Positions 49,101 through 58,380 of a stretch of 64,000 nucleotides of DNA are shown here, piece after piece. Positions within the stretch are counted from its first letter, which is position 1. Each line of letters opens with the position of its first letter. The notes beneath the pieces were generated by a model. The model did no database searches, was not told the origin of the DNA, and worked only from the letters and a program-made list of their open reading frames with translations. Both the position numbers and the translations under genes were made by a program. Where the stretch lies: assembly GCA_963932905.1 (NCBI GenBank), contig CAWVRN010000005.1, positions 119,293 through 183,292 of the forward strand, given 5' to 3'. Source of the DNA: an uncultured Bdellovibrio sp. GTDB lineage: Bacteria > Bdellovibrionota > Bdellovibrionia > Bdellovibrionales > Bdellovibrionaceae.

Positions 49101-50180
49101 CTATCTATCGATCGACATCAACCAATTATGACGATCTGGAATTTCTCCGTACTGCATTTGACAAATTTCTTCGTACAGTTTGTTCGACAATGTATCCGAA
49201 TCGGCATTCAGTTTAAATGTTTGATCTTTGTATTGAAGTTCACCAACGGGAGTTATGACTGCCGCAGTACCGGTACCAAACATTTCTAGGAACTCACCAC
49301 GTGCATAACGTTCTTTTAGTTCCGTCATTGTGATTTTTCTTTCTGTGATTGGCAACTTCCATTCTTTTAAAATAGTTAAGGCGCACTCGCGAATGCCGCC
49401 CGCCAGTATAGAACCATTGAGTGCGGGTGTTACGATTTCATTTTTGAAAACGAAGAACACGTTCATTGTTCCGACTTCTTCGATTTGATCTTTAGTGACC
49501 GCGTCTAACCATAAAACTTGGTCGTAACCGCGCTTCTTTTGTTCAGCGGCTGCAGCCAATGAACTGGCGTAGTTAGCGGCGGCTTTTACGGCTCCTAATC
49601 CACCCGGAGCGGCGCGAATTTGTTCTGTTTCAACCCAGATGCGAACAGCCTTACTGTTGTTTGAATAATAAGATCCAACAGGTGAAAGCAAAGTAAAGAA
49701 TAAGTATTTTTCACTTGGGCGCACACCAAGAAAGCCTTCGGTGCCCACAAGTGTAGGACGGATATATAGGGCTGAACCACGTTCTGACGGAACCCAATCG
49801 CGTTCTACATTTACAATTTCTTTCATTGTTTGAACAAATAAGTCCGTAGGAACCGCTTGCATGGAAAGACGTTTAGTTCCAAACGCCATACGAGCGGCGT
49901 TGAATTCAGGTCTGAAGATTACGATTTTTCCATTTTTTTGGCGAAAGGCTTTTAAGCCTTCAAAAAGCGCTTGGCCGTAGTGAAAAACACATGCCGCGGG
50001 ATCCATACTTAGATTTGAATAGGGAATAATACGATGGTTCTTCCACTGACCATCTGAATAATCCGACGCAGCGATATGATCAGTGAAGTATTTGCCAAAA
50101 CCCAAGACCGTGTTCGGAGCGGGTTTAGGCAAGGGTTTGCTGGTTTTAGTGATTGTGAATTGATTAGTCCCAGTACTCAT
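49101..50180 (-). CDS. ilvE: Branched-chain amino acid aminotransferase
   Basis: FHYGQALFEGLKA, LYIRP, K.AANY, EVGTMN and GTAAVI. ATG 50180 with GAGGA RBS. Confidence 0.95.
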   Translation of the reverse strand: MSTGTNQFTITKTSKPLPKPAPNTVLGFGKYFTDHIAASDYSDGQWKNHRIIPYSNLSMDPAACVFHYGQALFEGLKAFRQKNGKIVIFRPEFNAARMAFGTKRLSMQAVPTDLFVQTMKEIVNVERDWVPSERGSALYIRPTLVGTEGFLGVRPSEKYLFFTLLSPVGSYYSNNSKAVRIWVETEQIRAAPGGLGAVKAAANYASSLAAAAEQKKRGYDQVLWLDAVTKDQIEEVGTMNVFFVFKNEIVTPALNGSILAGGIRECALTILKEWKLPITERKITMTELKERYARGEFLEMFGTGTAAVITPVGELQYKDQTFKLNADSDTLSNKLYEEICQMQYGEIPDRHNWLMSIDR

Positions 50181-50267
50181 ATAGTCCTCAATGTGAACTA
50201 AATCTGACATACTCAATATATTATTGCAAATAAAACAATAACCCTTTAATAATTTTCAGCAATTACT

Positions 50268-50828
50268 ATGAAGACCACTACGGAAAATATTAAAACCTAT
50301 TTAAAGTTCACTCATCAAGTCCTAGGGGTTTCACATATTTTCACGCCTGCTTCTAATGAAGCAGACGCGGTTCTAGGGATAGAGGCAAAGAAGATTTTTA
50401 ATTTTTATTTTTGGCTCGAAAATAGAGCTTGGTCTGAATTTTCATTTGATAATCAATCTAGTGATCTAAAAACTCGATTTCAAAACGTATTTGTATTTTT
50501 TAGTGATGACACCGATTTTGAAACGCGCATGCGTGGTCAATCCGAAATGTTATCGAAAATGAATCAAGCTATAGGTGGTCATGACCACAATGTTCTACTG
50601 GCCTGGTTGTCGCCAAATGCGGAGCGAGATTTTTTTGCTCGGGCAGCACAGTGGTCCTTTCCCCTGCGAATTGTTTTCTTTCGTGAGACGTCCACGGCTC
50701 AAGAGACTATATATTCATCTGGGCCCCATAAGGTTTTGGAAACTTTGTCTCCGCTGGTGGATCCTAACGATCAGCAGCGTAAACGATTTGTCTGGAATGA
50801 CTTTAAACGTCTTTTGGCGAATTCTTAG
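50268..50828 (+). CDS. Hypothetical protein (possible degenerate UDG-like fold)
   Basis: C-terminal KRFVWNDFK resembles the family-4 UDG end helix; catalytic motifs are absent. Confidence 0.55.
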   Translation: MKTTTENIKTYLKFTHQVLGVSHIFTPASNEADAVLGIEAKKIFNFYFWLENRAWSEFSFDNQSSDLKTRFQNVFVFFSDDTDFETRMRGQSEMLSKMNQAIGGHDHNVLLAWLSPNAERDFFARAAQWSFPLRIVFFRETSTAQETIYSSGPHKVLETLSPLVDPNDQQRKRFVWNDFKRLLANS

Positions 50829-50918
50829 CAGCTGCGTCCCGACTAGGCTGGACCGACCTTTTTCCTAATTTACTCAACTAGACTGGATCGAGATCAAGGC
50901 CAGCTCTAGGCTGATAAA

Positions 50919-52070
50919 GTGCGCTTAAAAAATCATCACATTCTTTGTTTTTTCATCTGTTTTTCGTTGGCGGAGGTATCGTTTGCCGTAACGTCTAAGA
51001 GTCATTTATCAGCCCCAAAAGGCATCGATAGTTCGTGGGTGCGCATCCGTATTTTTGAAAAGATGAAACAGGTTTCCATTCGTGGTGATCAAATGGAAAT
51101 TGTAAATAAAGCGGATTCGTTCCGTAACGTGGCCATAGCTCCATTGTCGCAAAAAAAACTATCGATAGAGCTGAAACGTAAGTGGGACCAGAGCATTCTG
51201 TTTTTGAAGAAAGATGACGGAACGCCTTCGATGCAGACAGAATCTTTATTTATCAAAGGTAACGATTTAAAAATTGGGGCCCAGTCAATTAATGATTTCA
51301 TCCAGATATATAAACGCAGTGATAGCTTTGACGTGATTGCTTATGTGAAATTGCGTGACTATTTAAAGGGTGTCGTATCATCTGAAATGCCAACTAATTG
51401 GCCCGAGGAAACATTAAAGGCTCAGATCGTGGCGGCCAGGTCGTATGCTCTATTCATGTCTGAAAAGAGAAAAAATCAAGTGTTTGATGTTGAATCCTCC
51501 ATCAAAGACCAAGTGTACCGACATACCGATGATCCGCGACTAGAGCCACTTTTGGATGCTACAGCCAACACGGTTTTGTTTGATGAAAATAGAAAATTGC
51601 TGAAAGCCTACTATCATTCCGAATGTGGTGGTCAAACCTCATCGGCAAAAAAAGTGTTTGGTGATTCCCAATTGGATGTGGAAGTTCGAGATCCTTATTG
51701 CCAAGGTCGAACATGGCGATTGGAAATACCTAAACACGAAATCGAAAAATATTTTGGTCCATTTAAACAACTGGTTAGTGCATTTGATCCCGTCCAGCGC
51801 TCATACGCTATTGGTGTGGAACGCAAGGATAAAAAAGTCGAAGCAATTGATGCGCAGAAATTGAGAATGCAAATCGGTTCGACAAGAATGAAAAGTACTT
51901 GGTTTGAGTCGCGGGTCCATGGAGATAAAATTGAATTTATCGGCAAAGGCTATGGTCATGGTGTTGGGCTATGCCAGTGGGGTAGTCGTCAAATGGGAGT
52001 GATGAAGAAGAATTTTCGCGAAATTCTGTCTTTCTATTACCCAAATACAAAAATCGTTTCGCTCAATTAA
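50919..52070 (+). CDS. SpoIID/LytB domain lytic transglycosylase-like protein
   Basis: YLKGVV.SEMP..W..E.LKAQ.VAARSY, DQVY, YHS.CGG.T and GHGVGLCQWG. Confidence 0.93.
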   Translation: MRLKNHHILCFFICFSLAEVSFAVTSKSHLSAPKGIDSSWVRIRIFEKMKQVSIRGDQMEIVNKADSFRNVAIAPLSQKKLSIELKRKWDQSILFLKKDDGTPSMQTESLFIKGNDLKIGAQSINDFIQIYKRSDSFDVIAYVKLRDYLKGVVSSEMPTNWPEETLKAQIVAARSYALFMSEKRKNQVFDVESSIKDQVYRHTDDPRLEPLLDATANTVLFDENRKLLKAYYHSECGGQTSSAKKVFGDSQLDVEVRDPYCQGRTWRLEIPKHEIEKYFGPFKQLVSAFDPVQRSYAIGVERKDKKVEAIDAQKLRMQIGSTRMKSTWFESRVHGDKIEFIGKGYGHGVGLCQWGSRQMGVMKKNFREILSFYYPNTKIVSLN

Positions 52071-52091
52071 GCTAGATGGGCTAGAGTTCGA

Positions 52092-52178
52092 TTAAACTTT
52101 CAAGAAGATGCGTAGTGTGAAAAATAAAACTACGAATAGTACAAATACTTGATAGCGATTGATCGAATTAATTTCCAT
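52092..52178 (-). CDS. Candidate 28-aa single-TM small protein
   Basis: MEINSINRYQVFVLFVVLFFTLRIFLKV with AGAGG 9 nt upstream of the ATG. Confidence 0.45.
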   Translation of the reverse strand: MEINSINRYQVFVLFVVLFFTLRIFLKV

Positions 52179-52302
52179 TTCTAAAAGCCTCTTTCTTCTT
52201 AGGTAAATGTTTAACTAAAAACTAAATTTATTGTGTTTATTGGCTAGGACCTATAAAACAAAAGATAGTTTTTAAACTCGACTTCAGTCAAGAGTTTTAT
52301 CA

Positions 52303-53139
52303 GTGCTTTATCAAGAGGTTTTCAATCCGATGAATACAAAATCAAATTCAAGAATCAGTAAAAAAATGAATAAGCCGTCCATCAAGCCGGTCGCTATGAT
52401 CACGGGAGCGAGCTCGGGAATTGGCAGGGCGACAGCCCAGCGATTGGCCAAAGATGGGTTCTCGCTGGTGCTTGTGGCGCGTCGGTTGGAAATTTTAAAA
52501 CAGGTTAAAGCCAATATAGAAAAGGATTTCCGCGGATGTTCGGTGACGGTTGTAAAGCTAGATATCGCGGACTCGAAAGCCGTTCAGAAATGGCAAAAAG
52601 AAAATTCTGATTTGATTTCGATGGTGGACGTTTTGGTTAACAATGCGGGTTTGGCCAAGGGCACAGACAAGATTCAGGATTTAAAATGGGATGATGCCGA
52701 AGTTATGATCGACGTGAATGTGAAGGGGATGCTGTCCTTTGCGCTGCCTATTGTTAAGGCGATGGCCAGCAGGAAATCGGGACATGTAGTGAATTTAGGC
52801 TCAGTGGCCGGTCGCTGGGTTTACCCCGGTGGTGCGGTATACTGCGCGACTAAATTTGCGGTTCGTGCTATCAGCGAAGCTATGCGGCAAGATTTGCTGG
52901 GATGTCAGGTTCGCGTCACTAATATTGAACCCGGTATGGTGAACACAGAATTTTCCACCGTAAGACTTGGCAATAAAAATTTAGCTGATAAGGTGTATGA
53001 CAAAATGACGCCTCTGTCGGGTGACGATATTGCAGAATCGATCAGTTGGTGTTTGAATCAACCCAAGCACGTCAATGTGCAAGAACTGGTGATTTACCCT
53101 ACAGATCAGGCTCACGTAGGTATGGTACACAGAAGTTAG
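52303..53139 (+). CDS. SDR oxidoreductase (YdfG-like)
   Basis: TGASSGIG, NNAG, YCATK and IEPG. True start is probably ATG 52330 or 52366. Confidence 0.92.
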   Translation: MLYQEVFNPMNTKSNSRISKKMNKPSIKPVAMITGASSGIGRATAQRLAKDGFSLVLVARRLEILKQVKANIEKDFRGCSVTVVKLDIADSKAVQKWQKENSDLISMVDVLVNNAGLAKGTDKIQDLKWDDAEVMIDVNVKGMLSFALPIVKAMASRKSGHVVNLGSVAGRWVYPGGAVYCATKFAVRAISEAMRQDLLGCQVRVTNIEPGMVNTEFSTVRLGNKNLADKVYDKMTPLSGDDIAESISWCLNQPKHVNVQELVIYPTDQAHVGMVHRS

Positions 53140-53163
53140 ATTTGAAAAATGTTAGGAGATTTT

Positions 53164-54588
53164 ATGAAAAAAACGTTAGCAGAAATTAAGGCCGATAAAG
53201 AATTCCGTACAGAGAAAGACACGATGGGGGATGTAAAAGTTCCAGCGAGTGCATTATGGGGAGCTCAAACTCAACGTTCTATTGAAAACTTTAAAATTGG
53301 GGGCGATCGATTCCCGCGTGAGATGATCAAGGCTATGGGTTTGCTTAAGAAAACAGCAGCTATGGCCAACCAGAAATTAGGATTGTTAGATGCTAAAAAA
53401 ACGGACTTGATCGTAAAATCATGCGATGAAGTCATCAAAGGCGAATGGGACGATCATTTCCCGTTAGTTGTATGGCAAACAGGTTCGGGCACGCAATCGA
53501 ACATGAATGCGAACGAGGTGATCGCCAATCGTTCGATGCAGATGTTAGCTTTAACTCTGCCCTCAAAAGATGTTCACCCGAATGATGACGTAAACAAAGG
53601 GCAATCATCCAATGATACATTCCCAACGGCGATGCATATTGCCGTAGCGGACCAGATTCACAATCGACTGTTACCTGCAATGGAAGCGTTCTATACGTCG
53701 ATGGTCAAAAAGCAAAATGAATTTCAGAAAATCGTAAAAATTGGTCGCACTCATTTAATGGATGCAACGCCGTTAACGTTGGGCCAAGAATTCTCGGGCT
53801 ACGCAACGCAAATTAAGCACGGAATTGCGCGCGTGAAAAATACTCTGCCTCATTTGCATGAACTAGCTATTGGCGGAACGGCGGTCGGTACGGGTTTGAA
53901 TGCGCATAAAGATTTCTCGCAAACGGTGTCTCAGTTCCTAGCTAAAGAGACGGGAATTCCATTTGTATCGGCTGAAAATAAATTTGAAGCTCTAGCGACT
54001 CATGATGCTTTAGTTGAAGTGAGTGGTGCGCTGAAAACACTAGCTGTATCATTAATGAAAATTGCCAACGACATCCGTTTGTTAGGCAGTGGTCCTCGCA
54101 GTGGTTTTGGTGAATTATTATTGCCAGAAAACGAGCCAGGCAGTTCGATCATGCCAGGCAAAGTAAATCCGACTCAAAGCGAATCCATGACGATGGTGTG
54201 TGCGCAAGTGATAGGTAACGATGTGGCGACAACCATCGGTGGTTTAAATGGTCATTTCGAATTGAACGTTTTCAAACCAGTGATTGTATTCAACGTACTG
54301 AACAGCGTGCGGTTACTATCTGACAGTTTAGATAGCTTCCGTGTAAACTGCCTTGATGGTATCCAAGCTAATACAGTTCAAATCAAAAAACATTTGGACA
54401 ATTCTTTGATGCTTGTCACGGCACTGAATCCACATATTGGTTACGACAACGCAGCGAAAATTGCGAAAACCGCACACAAAAATGGTACGACATTAAAAGA
54501 CGAAGCTGTGAAGCTAGGGCTAATGACGGCAGAGCAATTTGATCAATGGGTTAAGCCAGAAGAAATGACGGGACCTTTAAAAGCTTAA
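53164..54588 (+). CDS. fumC: Class II fumarate hydratase
   Basis: [24 protein letters not shown] and [13 protein letters not shown]. Confidence 0.96.
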   Translation: MKKTLAEIKADKEFRTEKDTMGDVKVPASALWGAQTQRSIENFKIGGDRFPREMIKAMGLLKKTAAMANQKLGLLDAKKTDLIVKSCDEVIKGEWDDHFPLVVWQTGSGTQSNMNANEVIANRSMQMLALTLPSKDVHPNDDVNKGQSSNDTFPTAMHIAVADQIHNRLLPAMEAFYTSMVKKQNEFQKIVKIGRTHLMDATPLTLGQEFSGYATQIKHGIARVKNTLPHLHELAIGGTAVGTGLNAHKDFSQTVSQFLAKETGIPFVSAENKFEALATHDALVEVSGALKTLAVSLMKIANDIRLLGSGPRSGFGELLLPENEPGSSIMPGKVNPTQSESMTMVCAQVIGNDVATTIGGLNGHFELNVFKPVIVFNVLNSVRLLSDSLDSFRVNCLDGIQANTVQIKKHLDNSLMLVTALNPHIGYDNAAKIAKTAHKNGTTLKDEAVKLGLMTAEQFDQWVKPEEMTGPLKA

Positions 54589-54879
54589 TTAGTATTTTAG
54601 AAAGCAAATTAAGATGGGCAAGGTAGCTGAATCACGGTTTATGGCTACCTCGGCTCTCGGTTTATGACCTCACCACAGAATTCAAACGTTTGCACTCAAT
54701 TGCGATATGGCCCGAACGCTGTCTAAAAGTTTGAGACGTGTATCAATTTTAGACGAAAAATGGTTTTCGAAATTGTGGTAAGTATCTAATATTCCAAATT
54801 TTTCAGTTTGTTAGAAAGTGGCTCGCCTTTTGTATCGTAGCCGTACAAGATTAGTTGGCATTTTTACAAAGGTGAGAGA

Positions 54880-55677
54880 GTGAAAAACATTTTTTGTTCA
54901 ATTTTATTTTTAACTACGATAAATGGCTTTGCCGCTCAAATGTCTACTCAAGACTTTAATGTTAATATAGAGTTCAACAAACATTCCGACCCTAAGGACT
55001 TCAAGATTGTTATTGATCGTTACTGCCAGGCTTACTCAATATTGGGCGATACCGAGTGTAAGGCAAAGGGCGCCGAAGTTCAGGCTAGTAGAAATAGCGA
55101 CAACAGTTTCTATGTTCCTGCTTTCGTGTTTCAATCCGAAACCAGTGGATACCTGGTTAGTTCATATGAGATGACCACCAGAGTGAGACTTTCCACTAGT
55201 AGAGATAGTGCAGTTCTTTTCGGTATTTCTTCGGAGGACAGAAGTAAAGATATAACGGATGCCGTTAGGAAGCATTTTGACAATCCTGTTTATATTACAA
55301 CTGTTCCAAAATTTGAATTTGACACGTTTGGAACTTTGGTTTCGTCAAAAGTTAGCGATTCAACTTTAAAAAACGTATATGTGACGCTTAAATATTTTCT
55401 TCAGGATCAAAACGGAAAAGTTGTTGGTGATTTAGATTGGGTAAGATACGATTCGTCTCCAGCTGGTGACGGAATAAAGACGAAGGCTAATGAAACAATC
55501 ATTTCATCGCCAAGCAAACCAAGTGCTCTAAGAGTTGAAATTGTTTACACTGTTAGGTACTTCGGAAAGACCAAAGAAATTCGAAAGAACTATTTATTCA
55601 ATAACCTGGATAATCTGGATTTAGGTGAGCGTTTAAAACAAATTAAATTTGAAATTGTTGATGAAGATATTCAGTGA
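54880..55677 (+). CDS. Secreted hypothetical protein
   Basis: Signal peptide, 265-aa ORF. Confidence 0.65.
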   Translation: MKNIFCSILFLTTINGFAAQMSTQDFNVNIEFNKHSDPKDFKIVIDRYCQAYSILGDTECKAKGAEVQASRNSDNSFYVPAFVFQSETSGYLVSSYEMTTRVRLSTSRDSAVLFGISSEDRSKDITDAVRKHFDNPVYITTVPKFEFDTFGTLVSSKVSDSTLKNVYVTLKYFLQDQNGKVVGDLDWVRYDSSPAGDGIKTKANETIISSPSKPSALRVEIVYTVRYFGKTKEIRKNYLFNNLDNLDLGERLKQIKFEIVDEDIQ

Positions 55678-55781
55678 TAGTTTCTAGTTGCCCCGTCATT
55701 GAGTAGCTCATTTTCCCGCCTGTGAGTGAGGGCATACGAAAATCTATTGAATTCAGAACTTAATCTATCGGCCTAAAAATT

Positions 55782-56513
55782 TTAGCTAGCAAACGTTTTT
55801 ACAAATGCCTCTAGTTCTGTTTCGTCTTTTTGCCTTAATCCTAGAAGACTATCCAACGCATTTTGTTGCGAATATGTTACCTTTTTGAATTCTATGCCCA
55901 CACCTGGAACCTTTCCGGGGCATTGGTTCCATCTCAGTTGCCAACGTACTTCAGCGTCAAAAGGTTCTGAATTTTGGAGCTCTAATATTTCTAACTTTAG
56001 TGAGTCTCCAAGTGAGAAAGAATTTTGGGTTGCGATCATAAAAAGTCCGTTTGAAGAAATATCCTTGGTTATAAATTGGTTTTGATCGTTAGGACTTTCA
56101 AGAACTCTGATGCTTAAGTTTTTTTCGATTCGTTCTGATTTTCTGATCTGTCGGCCTGTGTCTGAACTCAGCGCTTTTTTTATAAATTGGCTTAGTAGTT
56201 CGTCACCTGCTAAAAAATCAGATTTAATTTGTCCCGAGAAACTGAAATCTTTTGGGTCTACTCTAAATCGGCAAACAGGCAAGTGTCGTTCGATCGTATA
56301 CAAAAATTCACGTGCAACGGCACTTGCTTTTGCTCCACATAGAAAATCAACCAAAACACCATGTAGTTTTTTACCTAAGACCCAACGGTGAAATGTGTCT
56401 ACATCAGAAAATTGTTTTAATTCGAGCAAGTTCTTTCGAGCTTCGACCTCTAAAAGTGAGATCATAAGCTCGCTCTTTGTAATTATGGCAAGAGTTGGTA
56501 GACCTGATTCCAT
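55782..56513 (-). CDS. PilZ domain protein
   Basis: RKSER (RxxxR), DISSNG (DxSxxG) and GVGIEF. Confidence 0.85.
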   Translation of the reverse strand: MESGLPTLAIITKSELMISLLEVEARKNLLELKQFSDVDTFHRWVLGKKLHGVLVDFLCGAKASAVAREFLYTIERHLPVCRFRVDPKDFSFSGQIKSDFLAGDELLSQFIKKALSSDTGRQIRKSERIEKNLSIRVLESPNDQNQFITKDISSNGLFMIATQNSFSLGDSLKLEILELQNSEPFDAEVRWQLRWNQCPGKVPGVGIEFKKVTYSQQNALDSLLGLRQKDETELEAFVKTFAS

Positions 56514-56520
56514 GCCTACC

Positions 56521-56547
56521 TCATCGGCAGGTGTTAAAAAACTGTTA
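56521..56547 (-). promoter_or_regulatory. Putative sigma28 promoter of the PilZ gene
   Basis: Minus strand TAAC-N15-GCCGATGA immediately upstream of ATG 56513. Confidence 0.55.
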
Positions 56548-57000
56548 AGGTGAATTTATTTGTTTTGAATTGATACATGGGACTTCATTTGGGACATTAT
56601 GTAAGCACTCTGTTGACACGTTTTGGTAGGCTATGCCTACAGACTTTGAAGCTTTTCTGAAAATCGATGAATGAGTCGAAAACTTTTTGCATTCAATCCC
56701 TTTGCAAATGTGTTCAAGAAAATATCCTGAGCGTGTTTTGCATTCTTTAACTTCTAGTTCCTTAGTCTGAACAAAACTTCTTTCCTCCAGAGAACAAAAT
56801 ATAAAAACGGGTTAGTTTGATGGCCGGTCAGCTCTTCTGATTAAGAGTCTGTATTCTTCCGCAGAACCGAGGAGCGGCTAGATGAGCTGGATGCTACTGC
56901 TTTTGACAAATTAGATCGCTAAAAATTTCCTTATGCTCCTCGTCGCAGCAGAACAAAATTAGGACTTGGAGATAAACATCTTTAGACTCATAATCAGAGG

Positions 57001-57876
57001 GTGGATGTAAATCAAATATTCAAAGATAAAGTGACCTGGTTTCAGAATCCTGACATCGTCCCATACGTGTTTGTGCGTGATGAAAACCTGATCAGTCAAC
57101 CAGGCAAAAAACATCGCCTGGATTGGTTCTCGAAAGCGCCTATCATCAAAGATCCGCTCGATTTAAAAGAGCTTCCGTTTGCCGAGTACATTTATCATAT
57201 TGAAAATATTGCATTTGGACCGTCGGCGATGCCGATGCCTCGCTGGGTGTTTTATGATTGTGCGGTTATGCCTGGGTTTGTTTGCGGTTTTGCCTACAAA
57301 AAAGACAAAATGCCGGCGAGCTTAAAAGCTAAGCTTCCTGATTACGGCGACATTGATTATGTGCCGCTTTCTTTATTTATCATCATTCCGACGATGCATA
57401 AAGGCGAGTGGGTTGCTCATAATTTATGCTCTGTAAATAGTTTTCTAGATAAGCAAGATCAGTTTTATGGCCTTGGCTTTTTATCGAAGGCCTTTGGTTT
57501 ATGGTACGCCAATGTGGAATTGTGCTCGGGAATGACTCAATGGGGTAGTCCTGCGTTACGGCTGCATTCGCATTACGGGCATTTAGAGGTGATTGGGGCC
57601 TATGCTCCTGTGCATTCTCACGCGAAAACAGTGACCTATCGTGCTCAGGTGAATGCCAGCACTTGGGAATTGTTTTTTTCTAAAGATGTCGACCTGGAGT
57701 TCCTAGAGCAGTACGAGAAATCGGGTTTTGAAATAAATCCTTCCGATGAGAAATCAATGATTGAAATTCAGAACAAAATTCAGAATAATGAGGGTCCCTT
57801 TTACTTGAATGCCTCAGAGATCCTAAGTAGTGATTTGAAAGCACCTTTGAGCATATACAGACCTAAAGGGTTTTGA
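57001..57876 (+). CDS. Hypothetical protein
   Basis: 291-aa ORF with AGAGG RBS; no family recognised. Confidence 0.7.
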   Translation: MDVNQIFKDKVTWFQNPDIVPYVFVRDENLISQPGKKHRLDWFSKAPIIKDPLDLKELPFAEYIYHIENIAFGPSAMPMPRWVFYDCAVMPGFVCGFAYKKDKMPASLKAKLPDYGDIDYVPLSLFIIIPTMHKGEWVAHNLCSVNSFLDKQDQFYGLGFLSKAFGLWYANVELCSGMTQWGSPALRLHSHYGHLEVIGAYAPVHSHAKTVTYRAQVNASTWELFFSKDVDLEFLEQYEKSGFEINPSDEKSMIEIQNKIQNNEGPFYLNASEILSSDLKAPLSIYRPKGF

Positions 57877-57934
57877 TTGCATAGTTTGATAAATTTAAAT
57901 TAAAACCAGAATGGTTTTAATCCTAGGAGAGAGA

Positions 57935-58372
57935 ATGGCTGAAGAATTAACAGAATTACCACCGGTCGCGAAATCGTTTCATACATTTTGCAAAAAATGT
58001 GATATCGATCGTTACCACAAAGTCTTAGCACACACGAATGCGACGACAGCTAAAATTGAATGTGAAGTTTGCCATTCAAAAAAAACCTACAAACTACCAA
58101 GTGCAAGAAAAGAAGCGATGGCGAAAGCCCGCGCCGCTCGAGCACCGAGTGCGAATCAGCGTAAATCTAATCATCAAACTGAATACAACGATCTTTTGAA
58201 TTCGTTATCAGCCATGGAAGAAAAACCATACAGTTTGAAAGGAAAGTTTGAGATAGCTAACAAAATCAATCATCCAAAATTTGGGGTTGGCGTTGTTCGT
58301 TCTGTTCAGCCAGATAAAATCGAAGTGGTTTTTTCTGACGAAGTAAAACTACTTATTCATAACCGCACTTAA
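57935..58372 (+). CDS. Zinc-ribbon protein with C-terminal PcrA/UvrD-Tudor-like domain
   Basis: CKKC...CEVC; HPKFGVGVV.....KIEVVF....KLL. Confidence 0.7.
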   Translation: MAEELTELPPVAKSFHTFCKKCDIDRYHKVLAHTNATTAKIECEVCHSKKTYKLPSARKEAMAKARAARAPSANQRKSNHQTEYNDLLNSLSAMEEKPYSLKGKFEIANKINHPKFGVGVVRSVQPDKIEVVFSDEVKLLIHNRT

Positions 58373-58380
58373 TTTATTAC

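Noticed and set aside
55730..55790. c-di-GMP-I riboswitch-like words (GGGCATAC...CGGCCTAAA)
   Set aside because: Lacks the GAAA tetraloop stem and GACGCAAAGC, and lies between convergent genes.
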